From: Oscillospiraceae bacterium
GTDB lineage: Bacteria > Bacillota > Clostridia > Oscillospirales > Ruminococcaceae
Assembly (NCBI GenBank): GCA_024699425.1
Contig: JAILPP010000135.1
Span: 1-57,850 of the forward strand
Direction: 5' to 3'
Length of the DNA stretch: 57,850 bases
The notes under the pieces are model-generated. The model worked only from the letters and a program-made list of their open reading frames with translations. It ran no database searches and was not told the DNA's origin. Position numbers and translations under genes: made by a program. Shown here piece by piece: positions 26,877-35,711 of the stretch. How positions within the stretch are numbered: position 1 is the stretch's first letter; the number at the start of each line of letters is the position of its first letter.

Positions 26877-27968
26877 TTATGAGGTATGGTTGCCCTTCTG
26901 ATCCATGTCATAAGTGCCTGTCACAAGACCGTACAGCTTGAAGGCATCATAGACAGGCTGCCACTTGTTGCTGCCCTTGGAGGTGACTGCAACGTAACGG
27001 TGACCGTCCATTGTTTCGGCGTAGCTTGCAAGGCACTGTCCGGCTTCGTCCGTGTAACCGGTCTTGCCGCCCATGATCTTGATTTCGGGTACTTCTGTGC
27101 CGTACATCTTGTTGAACATCGTGCTGAGAAGCTGAATGCCGTCGGGGTGCTGTTCGGTCGGCTTGGTGGTGTACTCCACAACGGACACCGCCTGACGGCT
27201 CATATCCATCGAAAGGCAATACTCCATGATGAGTGCAATGTCCGTGACACTGCTGTAGTGGTTCTCATTGTAAAGACCGCTTGTATTGACAAAGTGCGTG
27301 TTGACCAGTCCAAGCTCGTCCACCTTGTCATTCATCCAGCGGACAAATTCTTCTTCGGAACCTGCGGTTGCCAGAGCAAGTCCTACCGTTGCATCTGCAC
27401 CGGAGGGAAGTGCTGCGCCGTAGATCAGGTCACGCATACATACTGCTTCACCACTCTGGAAGCCTGCCATGGAGGCGGACTGCTCATACAGAGGCGAGAG
27501 AATCTCATCGGTAAAGGTGAATGTGTCGTCCCATGAAAGGTCGTTTTCCTCGTTCTCGATGAACTCCGTCGCAACGGCGATGGTCATGAGCTTTGTCATG
27601 GATGCGGGATAGATGTGCGTATCAGCTCCGCCCTTGACGGCCAAGATCTCATTGGTATCGCAGTCCATCAGGAAAGCGTGTTCGCTCTGAATGCGTTCTT
27701 CCGTATCCAGTACCTGCATATCGGATGCTTCGTCCGGATAGCTGACGATCGGGGGTGGTTCAGTAGGCGGTTCAGTGGGCGGATCCGTCATGGGGGGCAT
27801 CGTTTCCTCTACCGCATTCGGGTCACGCTTCGGGTACTTTGATTTTGGCGCACCAAAAATCATGACGATCACAAATGTGGTCACTGCTATCACGCCGAAC
27901 ATCAGAACCAGCAGCAGCAGCGCACCTCTTTGTGACAACTGGCGTTTGGCTTTTGTGGGACTTGCCAA
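26877..27968 (-). CDS. Serine-type D-Ala-D-Ala carboxypeptidase (peptidase S11), TTG start
   Basis: PASMTKLMT (SxxK) motif and a membrane anchor. A consensus promoter at 28038-28066 lies inside the longer track ORF. GGAGG lies 9 nt upstream of the in-frame TTG at 27968. Confidence 0.75.
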   Translation of the reverse strand: MASPTKAKRQLSQRGALLLLVLMFGVIAVTTFVIVMIFGAPKSKYPKRDPNAVEETMPPMTDPPTEPPTEPPPIVSYPDEASDMQVLDTEERIQSEHAFLMDCDTNEILAVKGGADTHIYPASMTKLMTIAVATEFIENEENDLSWDDTFTFTDEILSPLYEQSASMAGFQSGEAVCMRDLIYGAALPSGADATVGLALATAGSEEEFVRWMNDKVDELGLVNTHFVNTSGLYNENHYSSVTDIALIMEYCLSMDMSRQAVSVVEYTTKPTEQHPDGIQLLSTMFNKMYGTEVPEIKIMGGKTGYTDEAGQCLASYAETMDGHRYVAVTSKGSNKWQPVYDAFKLYGLVTGTYDMDQKGNHTS

Positions 27969-28037
27969 TTCTACACACCTCCGGGAAACTTTCCTTTTCT
28001 TTCTGTATCTGCGAAATCGTAAAACAATCCATTCTTT

Positions 28038-28066
28038 ATTATAACCCAGAATGACACGATTGTCAA
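28038..28066 (-). promoter_or_regulatory. Promoter of the S11 carboxypeptidase / M15 gene pair
   Basis: Minus strand TTGACA, 17-nt spacer, TATAAT (perfect consensus). Confidence 0.55.
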
Positions 28067-28185
28067 GGATAAGACAGCAATTTTTTACCAGCAAATTTTT
28101 TATATACAGTTTGCCCCACAATGAGAGCATCTGATTCTGACGGATTCGGCATTTTGAACGAAACAAATTTTCTTGTTTTTGTCTA

Positions 28186-28214
28186 TTGACAGAAAGAAAT
28201 ATTTGTGCTATAAT
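28186..28214 (+). promoter_or_regulatory. Promoter of rpmE
   Basis: TTGACA, 17-nt spacer, TGcTATAAT. Confidence 0.6.
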
Positions 28215-28220
28215 ATAAAA

Positions 28221-28362
28221 GTTATATGGTACTACTGTCTAAGGGAACTGATGGGCTACTGTAAACAGCCTGACGTAGACTGCTATGGCGGTTTTTCTCT
28301 TGAAAACACGCCCGAAAAATGTCTGCGAGCAGAGAATATTACAGAAAATGAGGTGATTCTCC
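28221..28362 (+). promoter_or_regulatory. ~140-nt structured 5' leader of rpmE (candidate L31 autoregulatory leader)
   Basis: Nested pairings GTCTA...TAGAC enclosing GGCT...AGCC, plus the hairpin GGCGGTTTTTC-tctt-GAAAACACGCC. The leader is long for a ribosomal-protein gene. Confidence 0.3.
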
Positions 28363-28569
28363 GTGAAGAAGGACATCCATCCCGTGCTGTATAAGACGAC
28401 CATTACCTGCCACTGCGGCAATGTAATGGAGGTACAGTCTACCAAGCAGGATATCAAGGTGGAAATCTGCTCCAAGTGCCATCCGTTCTACACCGGTAAG
28501 CAGAAGCTTGTAGACACCGGCGGACGTGTTGACAGATTCAAGAAGCGTTTCAATCTTGAGAACAAGTAA
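28363..28569 (+). CDS. rpmE: 50S ribosomal protein L31 (GTG start)
   Basis: [27 protein letters not shown]...[13 protein letters not shown]. Confidence 0.93.
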   Translation: MKKDIHPVLYKTTITCHCGNVMEVQSTKQDIKVEICSKCHPFYTGKQKLVDTGGRVDRFKKRFNLENK

Positions 28570-28576
28570 GAAGTTG

Positions 28577-28606
28577 AAAAAGCGGGCGGTTTCGTCCGCT
28601 TTTTTC
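28577..28606 (+). terminator. Rho-independent terminator after rpmE
   Basis: AGCGGGC-ggtttc-GTCCGCT followed by TTTTT. Confidence 0.8.
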
Positions 28607-28629
28607 GTCTGCATCACGGAGGACTTACT

Positions 28630-29259
28630 ATGGAATATTTCACCATCGCATCTCCGGTAAAGACGAGCTTTACCGAAAAGCGTTCGGAGTTTATCGGTTA
28701 TCTTACGCCCGTTTCCACAAATGATGAGGCGGTGGCATTCATTCAGTCCGTCAAAGCGGAACACCGCAAGGCAAAGCATCATGTATATGCCTATCTCCTG
28801 CGGGATTCCAATATCACCCGCTATTCCGATGACGGCGAACCGCAGGGAACTGCGGGTGTTCCCGTGCTTGAAGTGCTGCAAAAACGCAGTCTGACCGATC
28901 TGTGCTGTGTGGTTGTGCGGTACTTCGGCGGGATTCTCCTCGGCGGGGGAGGACTTGTGCGGGCATATTCGCATTCGGCTTCGATCACCTGCGAGGCGGC
29001 GCAGATTCGGCATATGTGCGGGAGTGTCCCTCTGACACTGCAAACGGACTACACGCTTTACGGCAAGATCACGAACATTCTTCCGAAATACGGCGTAATC
29101 GAGAAAAATTCCGACTTCGGCACGGACGTTATGCTTGAATTGCAGGTGCGGGAAGAAGTGATCGCCGACCTCAGAGCAGAACTGACCGAACTTTCCGCAG
29201 GACACATCATCATGGAAGAGGGAACACCCGAATTTGCGGACTTTGCTTCCGTTTCCTGA
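28630..29259 (+). CDS. YigZ / IMPACT-family protein
   Basis: KRSEFIGYLTPV...HHVYAY...DDGEPQGTAGVPVL is the UPF0029 signature. Confidence 0.8.
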   Translation: MEYFTIASPVKTSFTEKRSEFIGYLTPVSTNDEAVAFIQSVKAEHRKAKHHVYAYLLRDSNITRYSDDGEPQGTAGVPVLEVLQKRSLTDLCCVVVRYFGGILLGGGGLVRAYSHSASITCEAAQIRHMCGSVPLTLQTDYTLYGKITNILPKYGVIEKNSDFGTDVMLELQVREEVIADLRAELTELSAGHIIMEEGTPEFADFASVS

Positions 29260-29361
29260 GGAATCCGATTTTTCGGCAGAAATTTTTTGCAAAAAAAAAG
29301 AGGGTTTGCGGCAGGAAAATTCGTATATATAAATAGAGAGTATTTCCGGGAGGTTCAGGCA

Positions 29362-30357
29362 ATGACGATTCGTGAACAAATTGAAGCAAATGAGGCGCAT
29401 ATTCTCTGCGAAAAGGCTTGCCGCTGCACGGATGTCGGTGCAACGATCCGCCTGAAACGGGAGGAGCCGTGTCCCTATCGGACAGCCTTTCAGCGTGACC
29501 GTGACCGCATTCTGCACAGTACGGCATTCCGTCGGCTCAAACGCAAAACACAGGTCTTTCTGTCTCCGGTCGGAGATCACTACCGCACACGTCTGACGCA
29601 TACGCTTGAAGTCTCACAGGTGGCAAGGACGATCGCAAGGGCGCTGTTCCTGAACGAAGATCTCACCGAAGCCATTGCACTCGGTCATGATCTGGGACAT
29701 TCGCCGTTCGGTCATGCAGGGGAGGCGATTCTCAACGAAATCTGTCCACACGGATACCGCCATTATGAACAAAGTCTGCGTGTGGTCGATCACATCGAGA
29801 AAAACGGCGAAGGACTGAATCTGACACAGGCTGTCCGCAACGGCATTCTTTGCCATACCAATAAAATAGCGGATACATTGGAAGGCAATATCGTGCGGGT
29901 CGCTGACCGCATTGCCTACATCAACCACGACATTGACGATGCGATGCGAGCAGGTGTACTTCTGCCGGGTGATCTGCCGGAACGCCCCATTGCCGTCCTC
30001 GGTTCGACACATACACAGCGCATCACCACGATGGTCGCCGCAGTCGTGGCACACGGGACGGATTCCATCGGCATGGATGAAGAAGTACAGGCGGCTGCCG
30101 ATGAACTTCGCAGTTTCATGTTTGAGCGTGTCTACTATAACCCCGATGCCAAGCATGAGGAGGCAAAAGCGAAAATTCTCCTTGTTGAGCTTTACCGCTA
30201 TTTCCGGCGGCATTCCGATATGATGCCCGAATTGTATCAGCGCATTGCCAAAAAGTTTGACCTCAATCGTGCCGTATGCGACTACATCTCCGGCATGAGT
30301 GACGGCTACGCTGTGGATCTGTATTCGGAATTATTTATCCCGAAATCGTGGAGGTGA
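29362..30357 (+). CDS. dGTP triphosphohydrolase-like HD-domain protein
   Basis: RTRLTHTLEVSQVAR...GHDLGHSPFGHAGE. It lies upstream of dnaG-rpoD, as in many Clostridia. Confidence 0.85.
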   Translation: MTIREQIEANEAHILCEKACRCTDVGATIRLKREEPCPYRTAFQRDRDRILHSTAFRRLKRKTQVFLSPVGDHYRTRLTHTLEVSQVARTIARALFLNEDLTEAIALGHDLGHSPFGHAGEAILNEICPHGYRHYEQSLRVVDHIEKNGEGLNLTQAVRNGILCHTNKIADTLEGNIVRVADRIAYINHDIDDAMRAGVLLPGDLPERPIAVLGSTHTQRITTMVAAVVAHGTDSIGMDEEVQAAADELRSFMFERVYYNPDAKHEEAKAKILLVELYRYFRRHSDMMPELYQRIAKKFDLNRAVCDYISGMSDGYAVDLYSELFIPKSWR

Positions 30358-30361
30358 GTGC

Positions 30362-32113
30362 ATGGCTCGTCTGCCGGAGGAATTCTTGCAACGGCTTCGT
30401 GATGCCAATGACATTGTGGATATGTTCCGTTCTTACGCAGAAGTCAAAAAGCGTGGGCGAACCTATGTCTGCTGCTGTCCTTTTCATTCCGAGAAAACAC
30501 CGTCCTGCACGATTTATCCCGAAAATCAGTCCTTTTTCTGTTTCGGCTGCGGTGTCGGCGGTGATTCGGTCACATTTGTCCGTAAAATGGAAAATGTGGG
30601 GTATATGGACGCGGTTCAGATTCTTGCACAGCGGGCGGGAATGCAGCTCCCCGCACGTTCCCCCGATGAGGAACGGACTGCCAATCTGCGGCGGCGCTGT
30701 CTGGAGATCAATCGGGAAACTGCCAATTTCTATTATATGCAGCTCGTGAAGGGTGAGGACAAGCGGGGATTGCAATATTTCCTGCAACGACAGCTCCGCC
30801 CCGAAACCATTAAGAAATACGGACTGGGGTTTGCCCCCGATGCGTGGAATCTGCTGCGGGATCACCTCAGATCCAAGGGCTACCATGAAAACGAAATGGT
30901 TGCGGCAGGCGTATGCCGACAGTCTGAAAAAGGCAATGTCTATGACTATTTCCGCAATCGGGTCATGTTTCCGATCGTGGATACGAAAGGCTCGGTCATT
31001 GCGTTCGGCGGGCGTGTCCTTGACGATAGCAAGCCGAAGTACTTAAATACCAACGATACTCCCGTATTTAATAAGGGAAAGAATCTGTTTTCCCTCAATT
31101 TCGCCAAAAACGCCTCTTCTACAACGTTCCTTTTAGCAGAAGGGTACATGGATGTCATTGCCGTCAATCAGGCGGGGTTTGACAATGTGGTGGCAACGCT
31201 CGGTACTGCCATCACTCCCGATCAGGCAAGACTCATCGCACAGTATGCCAAGGAGGTCGTGATCTCCTACGACAGCGACGGGGCGGGACAGGCTGCCACA
31301 CAGCGGGCGATGAATCACTTTGCAGATGTGGGATTGCCGTGCCGTATCCTGAAAATGGAGGGCGCGAAAGATCCTGACGAGTTCATCAAAAAATTCGGCA
31401 GGGATCGTTTCCGTATGCTGATAGATCAGGCAGGTGATGTCAATCTGTTTCAGCTTGAACGCTGCAAACAGGGACTCGATACCGACACCGAGATCGGGAA
31501 AACAGAATATCTCCGCCGTGTCGTTCAGGTACTCAGTGAGATCGAAAACGACTTGCAGCGGGAGGTCTATATTTCCCGCATTTCCCACGAATCCGGCATT
31601 CGGAAAGAGGTGCTGCTCGCACAGGTGACGGAAGCGATCAAAAAACACCGCTACGGCGAAAAACGCCGCACGTTCCGTGCGATTGAATCGCAGTCGCTCC
31701 AGCGGGACGAGCTGAACCCCGATGCAAAGCTCTTTCCCCGTGAAAGCAAGGCGGAAGAACGGATTCTCGCCTATCTGATGCAGTATCCGGAGGACTGCGA
31801 AATGCTGTGGCAGCGTATCCCGCCGGAGCTGTTCAGGACGGAATTTCATCGGAAACTGTATGTGCGGATCTGCACGTTCTGCAAGGAAACAGGCAGTTTC
31901 GATGCTTCCGCCGTTCAGGAAGAACTGACTGTGGAGGAGTTCAGCCGCCTGATCGGTATTTCAGCCAGATACCGTGATACCCGTGTTACCCGTAACGTGG
32001 TGGAGGAATGCGCCGATGTGCTGCATCAGGCACAGCAGCGGATCACGCCCGGAGAAGATATGTCCGACGACGACCTGTTACAGCTTGTCGCAAGCAGAAA
32101 GCAGAAGAAATAA
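30362..32113 (+). CDS. dnaG: DNA primase
   Basis: Zinc-binding CCCPFHSEKTPSC...CFGCG, a TOPRIM domain (EGYMDVI) and a C-terminal helicase-interaction region. Confidence 0.93.
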   Translation: MARLPEEFLQRLRDANDIVDMFRSYAEVKKRGRTYVCCCPFHSEKTPSCTIYPENQSFFCFGCGVGGDSVTFVRKMENVGYMDAVQILAQRAGMQLPARSPDEERTANLRRRCLEINRETANFYYMQLVKGEDKRGLQYFLQRQLRPETIKKYGLGFAPDAWNLLRDHLRSKGYHENEMVAAGVCRQSEKGNVYDYFRNRVMFPIVDTKGSVIAFGGRVLDDSKPKYLNTNDTPVFNKGKNLFSLNFAKNASSTTFLLAEGYMDVIAVNQAGFDNVVATLGTAITPDQARLIAQYAKEVVISYDSDGAGQAATQRAMNHFADVGLPCRILKMEGAKDPDEFIKKFGRDRFRMLIDQAGDVNLFQLERCKQGLDTDTEIGKTEYLRRVVQVLSEIENDLQREVYISRISHESGIRKEVLLAQVTEAIKKHRYGEKRRTFRAIESQSLQRDELNPDAKLFPRESKAEERILAYLMQYPEDCEMLWQRIPPELFRTEFHRKLYVRICTFCKETGSFDASAVQEELTVEEFSRLIGISARYRDTRVTRNVVEECADVLHQAQQRITPGEDMSDDDLLQLVASRKQKK

Positions 32114-32137
32114 GACATTTATTAAGGAGGAAACAGA

Positions 32138-33238
32138 ATGGACAAGAAGTCTACCATTGAAGCGCTGCTCGAAAGAGGCAAGGCAGCCGGAAAGCTCACC
32201 ACACAGCAGATTTCTGTCGCACTCGAAGAAATGGATTTTGATGCCGATCAGATCAACAGTTTCTATGACAGTTGTGAACAGCAGAACATCGAGATCATCG
32301 ACAACAATACCATTGACAATGATTTCGACCTGAATCACTTCGAGATCAACGAGAACCCCAATGACGACTTTGATTCCGCACTCTCCACCGAGGGACTTGC
32401 CGTGGACGATCCCGTGAAGATCTACCTCAAGGAGATCGGACGTGTGCCGCTGCTCTCCGGTGATGAGGAGATCGAGCTTGCCCGTGTTATGGTCGAGGGA
32501 ACACCGCTTCAGGCAAAAAGAGCCAAACAGCGCCTTTCAGAAGCAAACCTGCGTCTGGTCGTTTCCATTGCCAAGAAGTATGTGGGCAGGGGAATGCAGT
32601 TCCTTGACCTGATTCAGGAAGGAAATCTCGGTCTGATCAAAGCGGTCGAGAAGTTCGATTACAACAAGGGATTCAAGTTCTCTACCTATGCAACATGGTG
32701 GATTCGTCAGGCGATCACCCGTGCCATTGCCGATCAGGCGCGTACCATCCGTATTCCGGTACATATGGTGGAAACGATCACCAAGGTCAAGAAGATTTCC
32801 AGCCAGCTCCTGCACGAGAACGGACATGATCCCTCTCCGGAGGAAATTGCAGAACGTCTCGAACTGCCCGTGGAGCGTGTGCGTGAGATCATGCGCATTG
32901 CACAGGATCCCGTTTCGCTCGAAACGCCCATCGGTGAGGAGGAGGATTCCCACCTCGGTGATTTCATTCCCGATGATGATGCCCCCGCCCCCGCAGATGC
33001 CGCTTCCCACACGCTGCTGAAAGAACAGCTCGAAGAAGTCCTTTCCACACTGACTGACAGGGAAGCCAATGTCCTGCGCCTGCGGTTCGGTCTGATCGAC
33101 GGACGTTCCCGCACGCTTGAAGAAGTCGGCGCACAGTTCTGCGTCACCCGTGAGCGCATCCGCCAGATCGAAGCCAAGGCACTCCGCAAACTCCGCCACC
33201 CGTCACGTTCCAAGAAAGTGAAGGATTTTCTGGACTGA
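32138..33238 (+). CDS. rpoD: Primary RNA polymerase sigma factor
   Basis: Regions 1.2-4.2 are present ([27 protein letters not shown], ...[27 protein letters not shown]). Confidence 0.95.
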   Translation: MDKKSTIEALLERGKAAGKLTTQQISVALEEMDFDADQINSFYDSCEQQNIEIIDNNTIDNDFDLNHFEINENPNDDFDSALSTEGLAVDDPVKIYLKEIGRVPLLSGDEEIELARVMVEGTPLQAKRAKQRLSEANLRLVVSIAKKYVGRGMQFLDLIQEGNLGLIKAVEKFDYNKGFKFSTYATWWIRQAITRAIADQARTIRIPVHMVETITKVKKISSQLLHENGHDPSPEEIAERLELPVERVREIMRIAQDPVSLETPIGEEEDSHLGDFIPDDDAPAPADAASHTLLKEQLEEVLSTLTDREANVLRLRFGLIDGRSRTLEEVGAQFCVTRERIRQIEAKALRKLRHPSRSKKVKDFLD

Positions 33239-33283
33239 TAATACCATGCAAATGAATTTTTGAAAAAAATTTTCCAAACCCTC

Positions 33284-33312
33284 TTGCTTTTTCCCGCAGG
33301 ATGTGGTATAAT
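33284..33312 (+). promoter_or_regulatory. Promoter of the rimP-nusA-infB operon
   Basis: TTGCTT, 17-nt spacer, TGgTATAAT. Confidence 0.55.
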
Positions 33313-33405
33313 AGTTGTATCATACAAAGAGAAAGGGTCGGACAGAGGTTCGACCCTTAACCTTTGCAAATGTTACGGCGCATCTGCCGCAGAAAGGAAG
33401 TACTC

Positions 33406-33891
33406 ATGAAGCTGAAAAAATTCGGCGGTACCGAACAGCGTATCTATGACCTCATCGCTCCTGTTGTCACACAGCTCGGCTATCTTGTCTGGGATGTGCG
33501 CTATGAGAAAGAGGGCGCAAACTGGTATCTCCGCATCTTCATCGACAGCGAGACCGATTCCATCGGCATCAATGACTGTGAAAAAGTCACCACCCCCGTC
33601 AGCGATCTCCTCGATGAAACAGATCCCATCTCCCAGAGCTACATTCTGGAGGTAAGCTCTGCCGGTCTGGAGGCTGACCTCATCCGGGAAAGCCATTTCG
33701 ATGCCTGCCTCGGCTGCAATGTCCGTGCAAGAGCCTTCCGTCCCTTTGAGGACGGCTCCCGTGAGATCATCGGTGAACTCACCGCATGGGATAAGGACGG
33801 CATTTCTCTTTCCGTGGACGGAGAGACAAAACAGCTCGCTTTCAATGCACTCACTTTCGTGAAGCTGTATTTCGATTTTGACGAAACTTAA
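33406..33891 (+). CDS. rimP: Ribosome maturation factor RimP
   Basis: ...LGYLVWDVRYEKEGANWYLRIFID... and its position upstream of nusA. Confidence 0.88.
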   Translation: MKLKKFGGTEQRIYDLIAPVVTQLGYLVWDVRYEKEGANWYLRIFIDSETDSIGINDCEKVTTPVSDLLDETDPISQSYILEVSSAGLEADLIRESHFDACLGCNVRARAFRPFEDGSREIIGELTAWDKDGISLSVDGETKQLAFNALTFVKLYFDFDET

Positions 33892-33914
33892 ACTTACGGA
33901 GGCGTATTATTTTC

Positions 33915-35114
33915 ATGGATAATAATTTTTTCAAGGCGCTTGAAGATCTCGGCTCAGAGAACAGCGTCGATCAGGATGTCGTGATCGAAAAGGTCAAGTC
34001 TGCGATGCAGAAGGCTGCACAGCGTATGTATCCCGACTGCAAGGAATGTATCCGTGTGGATATTGACCCGAAGAAGAAGATCTTCAATGTCGTGCTGATG
34101 CAGGAGATCGTGGACGAGGAACCGTTCAATGATACGCAGGTCTATATCGACGAGGCAAGAGCCATTGACCCCACCGCTTATGTCGGCGGCACGCTTGAAC
34201 GCAGACTGGATATTTCCAAATTCGGCAGAGCGTCCGCACAGTCCGCAAAGCAGTCCATCAAAGGTGATCTGCGGGACATCAATCGTGACCGCCTGCTTGA
34301 AAAATTCGAGTGCAAGGTCAAGGACATCATCACCGCTGTCGTGACACAGGTTGAACCCGGCAGAGGTTCGGCAACGCTGATGTACGACAAGACGGAACTG
34401 TATCTGCTCAAACAGGAACAGATCCCCGGCGAGGAACTCAAAGAGGGCATGAGCATCAAGGTCTATATCACCGATATTGCCAACCGTTCCAAGAAGCCCA
34501 TCATCAAGCTCTCCCGTGTGCATCGGGATCTCGTCAAGCGCCTCTTTGAACTCGAAGTGCCCGAAATCTATGACGGTACGGTTGTCATCAAGGCGATCTC
34601 CCGTGAGGCAGGTTCCCGTACCAAGATCGCTGTGCAGTCCACTGACCCGAATGTAGATGCCGTCGGTGCGTGCATCGGTGAGAAGCGTTCCCGTATCTCG
34701 GCAGTCGTCCGTGAACTGAACGGCGAGAAGATCGACATTATCAAGTACAGCGATGACCCTGCGGAATTTATCTCCAAGGCACTTGCCCCCGCCAAGGTCA
34801 GTCACGTCTATATCCTTGAAAACAAGGAAGAGCCGACGTTCTCCTATGACGGCGAACTCCGTCAGCCCAAGATCTCCGCAATTGCTGTTGTGCCGCACGA
34901 TCAGCTCTCCCTTGCCATCGGCAACAAGGGTCAGAACGCCAAGCTCGCCGCCAAGCTCACAGGCTGCAAGATCGACATCAAATCCGATCAGGAGCCGCTG
35001 GAAATTCCGATTCCCGCACCTGCGTCCAAGTCCGAACCGATCAGCGATGCCGTGCAGGACGAAGAACCGCTTTTCGCAGAGGAAACACCGGCAGCAGAAA
35101 CTTCTGCGGAGTAA
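33915..35114 (+). CDS. nusA: Transcription termination/antitermination factor NusA
   Basis: S1 and KH domains (...GACIGEKRSRISAVVRELNGEKIDII..., AIGNKGQNAKLAAKLTGCKIDIK). Confidence 0.95.
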   Translation: MDNNFFKALEDLGSENSVDQDVVIEKVKSAMQKAAQRMYPDCKECIRVDIDPKKKIFNVVLMQEIVDEEPFNDTQVYIDEARAIDPTAYVGGTLERRLDISKFGRASAQSAKQSIKGDLRDINRDRLLEKFECKVKDIITAVVTQVEPGRGSATLMYDKTELYLLKQEQIPGEELKEGMSIKVYITDIANRSKKPIIKLSRVHRDLVKRLFELEVPEIYDGTVVIKAISREAGSRTKIAVQSTDPNVDAVGACIGEKRSRISAVVRELNGEKIDIIKYSDDPAEFISKALAPAKVSHVYILENKEEPTFSYDGELRQPKISAIAVVPHDQLSLAIGNKGQNAKLAAKLTGCKIDIKSDQEPLEIPIPAPASKSEPISDAVQDEEPLFAEETPAAETSAE

Positions 35115-35120
35115 GACGGT

Positions 35121-35399
35121 ATGACACAGAAGAAGATCCCGATGCGCCAGTGCATCGGCTGCGGCGAAATGTTCCCCAAGCGTGACCTGATCCGTGTGGT
35201 CAGACCGAAGGAAGGCGAGATCACCCTTGATCTCACCGGCAAGCTGTCGGGCAGAGGGGCGTATCTTTGCAGATCTGCGGAATGCCTGCGCATGGCGGAG
35301 AAGAATCACCGTCTCGAACGCAGTTTTTCGTGCAGGATCCCGCCGGAAGTTTACGAGGTGATGGCAAATGCTCTCACAGAAGCTCAGAGGGATTCTTAG
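35121..35399 (+). CDS. ylxR: YlxR/RnpM (DUF448) family RNA-binding protein
   Basis: PMRQCIGCGEMFPKRDLIRVV...GRGAYLC. Confidence 0.85.
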   Translation: MTQKKIPMRQCIGCGEMFPKRDLIRVVRPKEGEITLDLTGKLSGRGAYLCRSAECLRMAEKNHRLERSFSCRIPPEVYEVMANALTEAQRDS

Positions 35400-35697
35400 T
35401 ATCTGCCGCAAGGCGGGAAAGCTCGAAACGGGCTTTGCACCGATGAAAGAAGCACTCCCGTCCGGCAGGGTGTGCGGCGTTGTCACAACGTCCGACATCT
35501 CCCCGAAAACATATAAGGAAGTACAGTTTTACTGTCAGAAATATCACGTCCCTGTCTGTCCCGTGCCGCTGGATATGGTTTCCATGGGGAACGCCATCGG
35601 CAGAAAGGCGGCGGTCATTGCCGTCCTTGATGCGGGATTTTACGACAGGATCCACCGGCTCTGTGAGGAGGAACACTCCGCAGAGCAACCAGAATAG
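35368..35697 (+). CDS. ylxQ: L7Ae-family protein YlxQ
   Basis: ...[12 protein letters not shown]... with an L7Ae-like pattern, positioned between ylxR and infB. The start is uncertain and overlaps ylxR by 32 nt. Confidence 0.7.
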   Translation: MLSQKLRGILSICRKAGKLETGFAPMKEALPSGRVCGVVTTSDISPKTYKEVQFYCQKYHVPVCPVPLDMVSMGNAIGRKAAVIAVLDAGFYDRIHRLCEEEHSAEQPE

Positions 35698-35711
35698 GAG
35701 GTTTATTGCCT

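Noticed and set aside
27969-28166. N-terminal extension of the S11 carboxypeptidase ORF (MFRSKCRIRQNQ...).
   Set aside because: A perfect consensus promoter for the same strand lies inside it (28066-28038). The extension has no homology-like features. A TTG with a good SD at 27968 fits the membrane-anchor start.
28173-28394. 73-aa ORF (and an internal 47-aa Cys-containing ORF from 28251) overlapping the rpmE leader and start.
   Set aside because: The long version starts upstream of the rpmE promoter. The short one has only a weak, badly spaced RBS and runs out of frame into rpmE. The region is more plausibly a non-coding leader.
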